Of a stretch of 64,000 bases of DNA, positions 25,352 through 35,808 are shown one piece after another. Location of the stretch: NCBI RefSeq assembly GCF_036971445.1, contig NC_091472.1, forward strand, positions 81,530,001-81,594,000, given 5' to 3'. Numbering within the stretch: position 1 is the first letter of the stretch; the number at the start of each line of letters is the position of its first letter. Under the pieces are notes generated by a model. It had not been told where the DNA came from, did not search any database, and worked only from the letters and a program-made list of their open reading frames with translations. The translations under genes and the position numbers were made by a program. This DNA is from Narcine bancroftii (taxonomy: Eukaryota).

Positions 25352-27763
25352 AACCAAATACACTGAAAGATGACTACAAAACAAAAATAAAACAGAAACA
25401 TTGCAAGATCTTAACAGCAAGTCAGAGAATACACTTCAAGGTTATTCACAGAGAGAAAAATGTAACATCCTCAATGACTCATGGAATTCCCTGGCCCATA
25501 ATCACTTATAATGGACAAGAAGCATCTATGCAGATACTGAACACTTCCAGTACTGTAACAGGAGAGTTTGAAGGTCAAGCACAAGAATGGAAACAAATCA
25601 CAGCGTCCCAAACATTCACCTTACTGGCCATTAAATACTACCTAACACAACTCTGGGTGTGGTCTGTGAATGAGTTACCTCAGAACCCAAAGGAAGGAAA
25701 TCATCTTTGACCTCCAGGTGCTGACTAAAAAAAGGATGAAAAATTAACAAATCCAACTTCAACTCAGATTTGAGGACTCCCTGGATTACACAGTATTGAT
25801 TCCTGATTCTCATTGTGATGTAACAAGTCCAATTCTTACCACCTCCAATTTCAACAGTTCTTCATCTGCAGGAAATGGACAAGTAGGGATGGATAATCTT
25901 GAGTTTATGGCCCTAATTTATTCAGTGATTTCACTAATGTTCACTAATTGCTGAAAGTTGCTGAACAAACTGAGTTTACCCCTATATAAATAGGATTGCA
26001 ATTAATTCTATGTTCAACCTGAATTAACAAAACTAGTTTTTGTTCATGTAAATATGTTTTGATATGTGTCTTGTTATGGTTCAGGTTTTACATTGTGAGA
26101 CATTTGTAAAGTAAATCTCATCCTAATTACAACAGTTAACTTCTACAGACCACAGGAAAGTGAAGGCATAACTCCAAAAGAAGGATCTGGTGGATATACA
26201 GTGGTTCTGTAATCTGGAGGATTGGACAAAGGATCTGTTGACCTGAGTTCAAATCCTGACATGCCAATGCAATAATTTAAATTTAATTAATCAAGTAAAA
26301 TTTTATATTAATGAGACTGAGTGACTTACAGATTTCTGTTAAATCCCAATTTGCTCATTGATGCCCTTCTAAGCTAGAAACCCTGATCAGCTAATTGACA
26401 TGCGACCCACAATAAAGTGGGTGACACAAAAATGGCCATTGTGAACACATTTGATCTGGGGTAAAAAATATCCTAACATGGCCCTCATTCTGAAAATTTC
26501 TTTCAGTTTGACTGAATCAAATTGTGTATTGACCCTGTCAGTAAATGCAGATATTCTATATGCTCTCGGTGTTGCAAAGGGTGGGTCACCCACATTGCCT
26601 CACACTTCCTTTTGGGTGATCCATCTCAAAATACCTGTCACAAATAAAAAACTTCATCCAGAAGAACATTTTTGATCACTAATCGATGAGGCCGCAATCT
26701 GCAAAATGTTATCAGAACGCCGCATGAAAAGAAGAGTGTTGTTCCCCAAACAGACCCTCAAAAGGCATTTGATAGAAGAAGTGTATTTTCATTCATTTCA
26801 TTAATATACTTGTCCCTGGCATGGTCAGCATTTATTATCTATACCTATTTGCCCTTGTTGTGGTGAGCCACATTTATCATCCATTGTAGTTCTTTGTTAC
26901 AGACACTCCCAGAACAATGCTGGTTAAACTCAGGACTTCAACACAGCAACAATGACAGAAGATCAGAGATTCTTTTCCCAATCAGGATAGTATGTGATTT
27001 ACAGAGGGATTCAAGAAAACATTCTGGCCAATGGGTAAGGATTTTAATCCACAGATAAAAGTGCTAGAGTGGGAAAGAGTAATTATTTCATACAGTGTTA
27101 ATAAAATCTTAAATGCATCACCATAGCCAGGTCCAGTCAAATGGCATGCATTTTAATTCCTACTGTTGTTTCTTTTGCTTTTTATCTTCCTAGCCAAGAG
27201 GCATTGATCTACGCTTGTCACAAGAACATGTCTAGGCCAATTCTTCAAGTGGCTTTAAACATTACATATGAGATTGCTTAGCCCCTTGTTTGAAGTATGA
27301 TAATTATAGTACAAGACTGAGTCTGCTGCTACTCTGTTGGTTGCATCCCCGTAGGCAAGAAGCTCCATGCTTAATTTAAACCTAACTACAACTTAGCCAG
27401 TTTAACTCAAAGCATTCATTGTTACACATTAGAAAACAACAAATATATGGATTTCTTTTGCTCCTTTGGTGTAGTATCCCAACCTGTTTACAAGAGAGTT
27501 ATTGAACAAAATTTAACACCAAATCTTGCCAAGATACTTTTTAAGACATATAGCCAAAAGCTCAGTCTGAGAATAAGTCTCAAAGGAGGAGAATGATATG
27601 GAGAAGAAGTTTCGGAACCCAAGGCTGTAACAGCTTAAGATAAAGTCATCAAATGAGGAAAGTATAAAATTAGAACTGCATAAGATACCAGGTGGGGGAG
27701 GGAATGGGTGATGCTCGCAAGAAATGTTAAAGAAAAATAAAATGAACATTACTTTACACGATA

Positions 27764-27965
27764 CAGTAAAATCCCTGCCATCTGAAATTCAAGCAACCGG
27801 CAAAAAATATTGTGAAAAATAAATGGGTAAAAAATACAGGTTTAAAATTGGCATGCCTCACTGTTAGTTCTTCCTTCATACAACACACAATTTCAAGCAA
27901 ATGGAATATTCACTTATCCGACCTCGACCAATCCCTGTAGTTGCCGGATACCATAGATTTTATTG
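27764..27965. mobile_element. Tc1/mariner-superfamily (Tigger/pogo-like) MITE
   Basis: TA-CAGTAAAATCCCTGCCATC ... GATACCATAGATTTTATTG-TA: imperfect TIRs with a TA TSD. A related half terminus occurs at about 59683. Confidence 0.75.
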
Positions 27966-28283
27966 TATTAGCCATAAACACAGAAAGGATGGAAAAGCAA
28001 TGATATGATAGGTTGTGGCGGCACACTCTCTCATAGTGAAACGGCCCCGCGTGTAACGCCACGTGGCGGGGCAACCATGGGAAGATGGCGCGGTCAGGGT
28101 TTCTCCCTGCCTCAAGTCTCCTGCCCAGCGCGCACCTGGGGCAGCGATTATGACGTCACAATGCACGAGGTGACTGTGTTCATGCTGCCCTTAAAAGGGC
28201 GTGTGCTGAATTTGAATAAAAACAGTCATTAACGACTTTCATTGTGGTGGCTGAGTCTTTCTTGGCTCAATCCAGCACTACAT

Positions 28284-28294
28284 TGGTGACCCCG
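28284..28294 (+). promoter_or_regulatory. primer binding site, tRNA-Trp type
   Basis: TGGTGACCCCG one base after the 5' LTR equals the first 11 nt of the known tRNA-Trp PBS TGGTGACCCCGACGTGAT. Confidence 0.85.
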
Positions 28295-28326
28295 TTGAGC
28301 CCAGACGCCTCTCTGGTCTCAAGAAC

Positions 28327-28983
28327 ATGGATCCGGCAGAGATCAATGCCGTTGCCATCAAACCGCCCCCCTTCTGGACCCACTGCCCGCATACGTGGTT
28401 CAGGCAGGCGGAGGCGCAGTTTCAACTGAGGAACATTTCAGCAGATGACACAATGTTCTACCACGTCGTGAGGGTGCTGCACAAAGAAACGACAGCCAGG
28501 GTGGATGATCTAATACACAACCCACTGGCCAAGGGTAAATATCCTGCCCTCAAGAAACTGCTCCTTGGCACTTTCGGGCTCTCTCCTCAGCAGTGTGCCT
28601 CCAGGCTCGACGGGCTTGGGGACCACACACCATCGGCCCTAATGGACAAAATGCTGCCGCTGGTGGAGGGTCACAAACCTTGTTTCCTATTCCATCAGAT
28701 CTTCCTCGAGCAGATGCCCGGGGACATCCAACTACTCCTAGTGGATGAGGGCTTCATGGAACCACACCGAGTCGCAGCTCGAGCAGATACCCTCTGGCAC
28801 ACCAAGAGGGAGAATGAAGCAACCCTCAGTCAGGATGCGCGACCAAGAGCCAGCCGGCCGCAATACTCCCCCAAGCACAAGCCGGAGACGCACCATTCCA
28901 CCTGGTGCTTTTACCATCAGCACTGGGCAGCGCAAGCTGACAACCGTGTGACTACTAGAGGAAATGACCCGGCCAGCCACTGA
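28327..28983 (+). CDS. Gypsy Gag-like ORF (218 aa, stop-free)
   Basis: MDPAEINAVAIKPPPFW...WFRQAEAQFQLRNI...WCFYHQHW, directly after the PBS. Confidence 0.8.
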   Translation: MDPAEINAVAIKPPPFWTHCPHTWFRQAEAQFQLRNISADDTMFYHVVRVLHKETTARVDDLIHNPLAKGKYPALKKLLLGTFGLSPQQCASRLDGLGDHTPSALMDKMLPLVEGHKPCFLFHQIFLEQMPGDIQLLLVDEGFMEPHRVAARADTLWHTKRENEATLSQDARPRASRPQYSPKHKPETHHSTWCFYHQHWAAQADNRVTTRGNDPASH

Positions 28984-29794
28984 TGATGGCTGTGAGGGCT
29001 GGCCACTTGGACAGCCTCCTTCACGTTACCGACAAGTCCACCAGCCGATGTTTCCTGGTGGACACAGAAGCAGAGCAGAGCATCCTGCCCCCCACCACCC
29101 TCGAGGCACACACCCGATCTCATGGTGCCACCCTGCGGGCACCTGCGTCGGCAAGCAGACGCTGCAGTTCCTGGGCACACCATCTCGGCAGCAGGTGCAG
29201 CCCCGGCACCAGAGAAGATTGTGGCCATCCAGCAGTTCCCCAAGCCAACCACCCTCAAGGACCTGCAGGAGTTCGTGGGGATGGTGAATTTTTATGATCG
29301 GTTCATCTCCGGCGACGCCCGCACCATGTGACCGCTGTTCACGTTAATCGCCACTAAGGAGAAAGTCCTGACCTGGTCGGAGAAGTCAGAGACCACTTTT
29401 GCCGCAACAAAAGAGGTCCTCACCAACACAACACTATTGGTGCCCCCATGCCTGGACAGTGGCGCCCGCTGGCCTTCTTTAACAAACAGCTGCGCCCACT
29501 GGAGCTGAAGTACAGCGTTTTCAACTGGGAGCTCCTGACGCTGTACTTGGCCAACCGGCATTTTCGATACTTTCTAGAGGGCAAGCCCTTCACAGTGTTC
29601 ACGGACCACAACCCCCTCACACAGGCACTCGCGATGGCCAAAGATCTGTGGTCGGCTCACCAGAATGCCACCACTTCTATGTGTCGGAGTTCACCACTGA
29701 CATCCGGCACAGGGCAGGCAAAGACAACGTCATGGCAGATGCACTCTCTCAACCGATGATCAATGCTCTCTCCCCCAGCCTTGACTAGACACAG

Positions 29795-30900
29795 TTGGCA
29801 CAGGCCCAGAAGTTGGACAAAGAGATGCAGGCTCTCCAGACCGCCATCTCTGGCCTCGAACTCCAGGACATTCAGTTGCCCAACAGCCCAGACAGGCTGC
29901 TCTGCAATGACTCCACTGGCTCACCACGCCCAGTAGTCCCACCAAAGTGGAGGTCAAAGGTTTTCAGCTCAATCCATGACCTAGCCCACCCCTCGGTGAA
30001 GACTTCAGTGCGAATGGTGGCAGAGCGGTTTGTGTGGCACGGACTCAAAAAGGAGGTGGGCGAGATGGTGAGGAACTGCACCAGGTGTCAGGCCTCCAAG
30101 GTCCACCGGAATTCGCAGGCCCCAATCCAGCAATTCGACTCGGCGGTGCAGAGATTTCAGCACATCCACGTTGACGTCATTGGCCCCCTGCCGGTGTCCA
30201 GAGAAGCACGCTATCTTCTCACAATAGTCTATCGGACAACGAGTTGGCCAGAGGCTGTTCCCATCAAAGAGGCTTCCGCAGAGACATTCACCAGGAACTT
30301 AGTCAGTCATTGGATCGCTAGGTTCAGAGTCCCAGCACACATCACCAGTGACAGGGGCACCCAGTTCACCTCCACACTCTGAGCTCAGCTGGTGAACCTT
30401 CTGGGGGTTAAACTCCACCACACAACAGCCTACCACCCACAAGCAAATGGTTTGGTGGAGAGGTTTCTTCGTCATATGAAATCCACCCTCAGGGCTCACC
30501 TCACCAGACGAACTGCCTTGGGTCCTCCTCAGCATCAGAACAGCACCCATGGAGGACCTACAGGGGTCTTCTGCGGAACTGGTTTATGGCACGCCGCTCT
30601 TACTGCCCGGTGAGTTCTTTGGCCCGAAGCCCAACGTCACACTTGAGCACGCGAACCTTTTGGCAGATCTCCGTAAGAAACTATCCTCGCTAGCCCCCAC
30701 CTCCCTCACATCACAGCATCCGTCCGACACATCGTCCCAAAGAGCTGGACTCCGTGGAATTCGTATTTGTTTGGCACCTATACAACGCCCGTAGAAAGGC
30801 CCATACAAGGTCCTCCTGCGGTCTGGCAGGACTTTCACTTTGGACATAGGGGGTAAAGATTAACTTTTCACCATGGACCGTTTGAAGGCAACGCACTTAG
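29795..30900 (+). pseudogene. Gypsy integrase, disrupted
   Basis: HHCC (IHDLAHP...CTRCQ), HIHVDVIGPLP, ITSDRGTQF, AYHPQANGLVERF, and a GPY-like tail. Contains internal stops. Confidence 0.9.
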
Positions 30901-31329
30901 TCCTATCATGGCCAGTGCAGGCAGCCATGCCTAAACGCCGAGGGCACCTGCGCAATCCACGGGATGTGTAGCTGGTTCTGGGGGGTTGTGTGGCGGCGCA
31001 CTCTCTCATGGGGAAACGGCCCCGCGTGTAATGCCACATGGCGGGGCAGCCATGGGAGGATGGCGCAGTCAGGGTTTCTCCCTCAAGCCTCCTGCCCAGT
31101 CCGTGCCTGCAGCAGCGATTATGATGTCACAATGCACGAGGTGACTGAGCTCATGCTGCCCTTAAAAGGGCGTGCACTGAATTTGAATAAAGACAGTCAT
31201 TAACAACTTTCAGTGGGGTGGCTGAGTCTTTCTTGGCTGTGTCCAGCCCTACAAGGTCACATATGAGTGAGATAGAATTGTTGTGTTCTGAATAGGTTTG
31301 ATGGGTTCAGAGAGAATCAAGTCTGGACG

Positions 31330-32772
31330 TGTTATGAACAAACAGTGGTCTTTATTTACATACAGGGGAATTCAAAAAAATGGCACATACTGACAGACTA
31401 ATGTATACAGCACGCATGTACGGTATATTGAGAAACAAGGGTTTAATTTCTTCAGCACCCACCACCTACTGGAACAGTATTCCGAGAAGCGAGGGTTTAA
31501 CTTCTTCAGAATCTATCACCCACAGGCACAGTACACCGCATAACTAAATGAGTACATGAACAAGATCGTGTTATATGGCGAGCTCTCCACTGGCCACCGA
31601 GACAGAGGTACACCAAAGAAGAGGTACAAGGACTGCCTAAAGAAATCTCTTGGTGCCTGCCACATTGACCACCGCCAGTGGGCTGATATCGCCTCAAATC
31701 ATGCATCTTGGTGCCTCACAGTTCGGCGGGCAGCAACCTCCTTTGAAGAAGACTGCAAAGTCCACCTCACTGACAAAAGACAAAGGAGAAAAAACCCAAC
31801 ACCCAACCCCAACCAACCAATTTTCCCTTGCAACCGCTGCAACCGTGTCTGCCTGTCCCGCATCGGACTTGTCAGCCACAAACGAGCCTGCAGCTGACGT
31901 GGACATTACCCCTCCATAAATCTTCGTCCACGAAGCCAAGCCAAAGGAACATGAATCTGATCTCAAGTGTTGCTGCTTTTTGGGATCCGGGGACAGGCCC
32001 ATTGCTGTCGTCCCTCTGGAAATCCCCATGGCTTGTAGTCTGGAGTTATCAGTGGTCACAACTAGCAAACACATACACACCATAATACACAAATAACTAC
32101 ACATTGGGAGTGAATAAATCACTGCTAAATTTCTTAACTCCTGATTGGAAACCCAAAGGTTAAACACACAGTACCCACCAACGTTCTTTATCCCAAGCAG
32201 GCACAACACACTAACAAACAGTAAATGAATTACAACTAACAAATATATCAAATTACCCTATTCTCCAGCATTGCCCACAGCTCAGGATCCAGGACAGATT
32301 CAGAGATAGACTCCATGCAGCATCAAGAACAAAGAAAAAGAGAGATACTGCACGTGCTCAGATTTTTCAATGCAAGACCCGTCCACATGACCTGAGAGGA
32401 CTAATTGTGTGTCAGCCTCACCTGTGGGCAGATATAACCATTGATTGGCACCTAGAGGATCAATCACTCATCATCTACCAGGGCTACTCACACCTCAGGC
32501 TCATGGGTGGGTAAATCCAACCCTTGATTGGCAGGTGAGGTGACTTCTGACTCGGTGGTGTGGAGATTTCAGCACATCCACGTTGACGTCATTGGCCCCC
32601 TGCCGGTGTCCAGAGAAGCACGCTATCTTCTCACAATAGTCTATCAGACCACAAGATGGCCGGAGGCTGTTCCCACAATCCACATTCCCACCAGAGATGG
32701 CACATGACCCTCCACAATCCAAACTATAGGAATACAAAAGGATAGATCTTTGTCAGGCATGGAACTGTCACA
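31330..32772. mobile_element. possible solo-LTR-like element hosting an RTE and a copied integrase piece
   Basis: Begins TGTTATG and ends GTCACA, with a reverse-strand AATAAA near the left end and repeated TGATTGG (CCAAT) boxes. No clean TSD. Confidence 0.35.
31561..31948 (+). mobile_element. 5'-truncated RTE LINE
   Basis: KIVLYGELSTGHRDRGTPKKRYKDCLK...CNRCNRVCLSRIGLVSHKRACS*; TSD ACATGAA (31554-31560, 31949-31955). Same family as the 56147 copy. Confidence 0.95.
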
Positions 32773-33401
32773 AGTGTATAAATAAGCTCAAGGCTCAGTG
32801 GGACACCATTATGAAACATTTAATTGTTTCTCTGAAGTGCTGAGAAATACAACTGAATGTCATTGCCCTAAAAGAGCTGTGAGATGTAAATTAGAGCATA
32901 TTGGAAAAATGAAAACATACCAATGAGGTACAAGAGATCACTGAGGAAATGGCTGACAAATATGGTTTTTAAACTGCAGGCATGTAACAGCACAATCAAG
33001 GAATTTTGCTGCTAAACGGGCAGTCTAAAAAGGAATGTGCAGGAATTTTGAGTTTTTTTTTAAAGACTTTATTTAAAATTTTTATAACATGAATACAATA
33101 AAGAATTACATTTAAAGAAAAATATAAAAAAAAATTTAATAAGGTATGATTACAATATTACATCAGAAAACGACACAAAATAACCCCCCCCCGTTAATTG
33201 TAACACAATATTAATAGTCTAACTTAAAATTAGTCCAACCCTCCCCCCCAAAATAAAGAGTGAAGAGTTAATAAAATTGACAATATTATAAATGAAAAAA
33301 AATACCCACTTACAAAAAAAAGAGATAAAACTTAACCTAAAAAAATTCTAACAACAACAAAAAAAATTGTCAATACTAAAATATCACACTTAAACATATA
33401 T

Positions 33402-34622
33402 TTAACTCAAACTTAAATGCTTATAATTAGCAAACGGAGTCCACTTTAACTTATAAAAAGACATCTTATCCTGAATTGAAAAAGATATCCTTTCCATAGT
33501 CAAACAAAATTTCATTTCCAAATACCACTTATCTAAAGTTAGTATATTTCTATCTTTCAAAGTAAGTGCTATACATTTCTTAGCCACAACTAAAGCTAAA
33601 TAAATAAATGAAATCTGATAATCCTCTAAACCTAAATCAATTAATGATTGCATGTTCCCTAATAAAAATATATCGGGATCTAATACAAGATGGATATTAT
33701 ATAAACTTTTAAAAACAGATTGAATACCTTTCCAAAACTGTTGCAATCGATCACAAAGCCAAACAGTATGCAAAAAAGTATTGGCCATCTGATCACATCG
33801 AAAACAAGAATCCAACTTACTAAAACCAAATTTTTTTAATTTCTCCAGCGTTAAATATAGCTGATGAATAAAATTATAATTAATCATCGCTAGTCTAGCA
33901 TTAATTAATTTCCGAATACTATTCTGACAAATTTCCATCCAAGCTTCTTCAGCTATTTTATGTCCTAAATCTTTTTCCCATTTCAACTTATCTTTATCCC
34001 AGTCTTTTTTACTATCAATTTCTTGTAAAATACAATACAAATCAGATATATATCCCTTTTTTGGTATTGAAAGTACATATTCTTCAAAACTAGATTCAGG
34101 CAATAAAATCATATGTCGACCACATAACTGTTTTACAAAAGATCTTAATTGATAATATACAAATATAGAATTTCCACTAATACCATATTTCCTTTGTAAT
34201 TCGTCAAAGGAACAAAAACAACCCTCAGAAAAACAATCAGATAAATTTTTTATTCCCTTCTTTTCCCATTGTTTCAAAGTGGCATTGGAGACCGTAAAAG
34301 GAACAAGTTGATTATTATATAATGGCAATCTTCCAGAATATATATTTTTAAGTCCCAATTTTTTAAGTTTACTTGTCCATAAATTCAATAAATGTTTCAA
34401 TATTGGCACATCATAAGTTCGTAATAAATTTTTATTCCGTCGAAACAAAAACTCATGAGGAAATTTTTCTAAAATAACTGCCATTTTTATCTTTACCCAA
34501 CTAGGTGGGTCGTCCATATTCATTAATGCACTAAGAAATTTGAATTGAGCTGCTTCATAATAATGCTGAAAATTCGGATATCTTAAACCTCCAAATTGAA
34601 AATCCCACATCAATTTTCTCAT
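33402..34622 (-). CDS. L1 ORF2 C-terminal half, post-RT, with Cys/His motif (406 aa)
   Basis: GGLRYPNFQHYYEA at the start and CFRCDQMANTFLHTVWLC zinc-knuckle motif. No RT catalytic motif is present. Confidence 0.85.
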   Translation of the reverse strand: MRKLMWDFQFGGLRYPNFQHYYEAAQFKFLSALMNMDDPPSWVKIKMAVILEKFPHEFLFRRNKNLLRTYDVPILKHLLNLWTSKLKKLGLKNIYSGRLPLYNNQLVPFTVSNATLKQWEKKGIKNLSDCFSEGCFCSFDELQRKYGISGNSIFVYYQLRSFVKQLCGRHMILLPESSFEEYVLSIPKKGYISDLYCILQEIDSKKDWDKDKLKWEKDLGHKIAEEAWMEICQNSIRKLINARLAMINYNFIHQLYLTLEKLKKFGFSKLDSCFRCDQMANTFLHTVWLCDRLQQFWKGIQSVFKSLYNIHLVLDPDIFLLGNMQSLIDLGLEDYQISFIYLALVVAKKCIALTLKDRNILTLDKWYLEMKFCLTMERISFSIQDKMSFYKLKWTPFANYKHLSLS

Positions 34623-35808
34623 TGCTAATACCTGATTTCTTTCTAATCGCTGGTATAATCCTAGATAATTGTTCCTTTTTTAATTGCCATGACAAAACTT
34701 TATGAGCTTTCTCACCCCATTCATAAAACTTATGCTTAGTTCGATTCATTAAACATTCAAACCGATATGTTTGTAATTCATTATATTTAAATTTTAAATT
34801 AGTTAACTGATTTTTTTGCGTTTCAGTAGCATGTTTTTGAAATTCTTTTTCAGTAGCAGTTATCTTTTCCTCCAAGTCTTCAATCTCTTTAATTCTCTCC
34901 TTCTTTACTTTAGAGGCATAACTGATCATTTGGCCTCGCAAAAAAGCTTTCATTGCATCCCATAAAACAAAATGACTAGAAACAGAATTATAGTTAATAC
35001 CAATAAAAATTTCAATTTGCTGTTTTAAAAAACTAATAAATTCTGGTTTTTGCAATAGCATAGTATTAAATCTCCATCTTGAAGCTTTCTGAACATCTTG
35101 TGAACTCAAATATTCTAATAATAATAATGAATGATCCGAAACCAATCTAGCCTTATACTCCACAGATGTAACCCTATCCTGCAAATGTGCTGATATTAAA
35201 AAATAATCAATTCTAGAAAAAGAATTATGTCGCGAGGAATAAAAAGAAAAATCTTTCTCTGTAGGATTAACTCTTCGCCAAATATCAATTAAATTCAAAT
35301 CTGCCATCATATTAATCACTTGGATTGCCATCTTAGACTTCTTAATTACTCTTGGGTACTTATCCAATAAAGGCACCAACACCACATTCAAATCTCCCCC
35401 AATCATCACATTAGAGTTCAATTGTCCAAGCAATAAAGACATATCCACAACAAAAGCTGTATCCTCAACATTAGGAGCATAAACATCAAGCAAAGTCCAT
35501 GCCTCATTAAAGATTGTACAATTTAATTTTAATAATCTTCCACCATTTTTCTCTTCATTCTGTAACTGAAATGGTAGATTCTTATGTACCAAAATTGCCA
35601 CACCTTTTGCCTTAGAATTAAACGAAGAATAAAAAACTTGCCCAACCCATTCACATTTGAGTTTCAAATGTTCCTTATCTGTTAAATGAGTTTCCTGTAA
35701 AAAAGCAACATCAACTTTTAATTTTTTAAAATAAGCAAGTACTTTCTTACACTTAATAGGATTATTTAAACCCTGAACATTAAAAGAAGCAAACTTAAAT
35801 TTAGACAT
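34555..35808 (-). CDS. L1 ORF2 N-terminal half: complete AP-like endonuclease plus linker (417 aa)
   Basis: SFNVQGLN, FLQETH, VYAPN, GGDLN, SRIDYF and SDH motifs, then LWDAMKAFLRG and YEWGEKAHKVL. The last 22 aa or so are out-of-frame read-through past the deletion. Confidence 0.88.
   Translation of the reverse strand: MSKFKFASFNVQGLNNPIKCKKVLAYFKKLKVDVAFLQETHLTDKEHLKLKCEWVGQVFYSSFNSKAKGVAILVHKNLPFQLQNEEKNGGRLLKLNCTIFNEAWTLLDVYAPNVEDTAFVVDMSLLLGQLNSNVMIGGDLNVVLVPLLDKYPRVIKKSKMAIQVINMMADLNLIDIWRRVNPTEKDFSFYSSRHNSFSRIDYFLISAHLQDRVTSVEYKARLVSDHSLLLLEYLSSQDVQKASRWRFNTMLLQKPEFISFLKQQIEIFIGINYNSVSSHFVLWDAMKAFLRGQMISYASKVKKERIKEIEDLEEKITATEKEFQKHATETQKNQLTNLKFKYNELQTYRFECLMNRTKHKFYEWGEKAHKVLSWQLKKEQLSRIIPAIRKKSGISNEKIDVGFSIWRFKISEFSALL

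Larger units (their letters stand above)
28014..31253 (+). mobile_element. Gypsy LTR retrotransposon, internally deleted (RT core missing)
   Basis: LTRs 28014-28282 and 30989-31253 (TG...CA); TSD AGGT; PBS; G-rich PPT near 30980. Contains gag, protease (FLVDTEAE), RNase H remnants and integrase. Confidence 0.96.

Noticed and set aside
31694-32251. 185-aa minus-strand ORF with a hydrophobic N-terminus
   Set aside because: The C-terminal part is antisense RTE and the rest lies in probable repeat DNA; no recognisable family.
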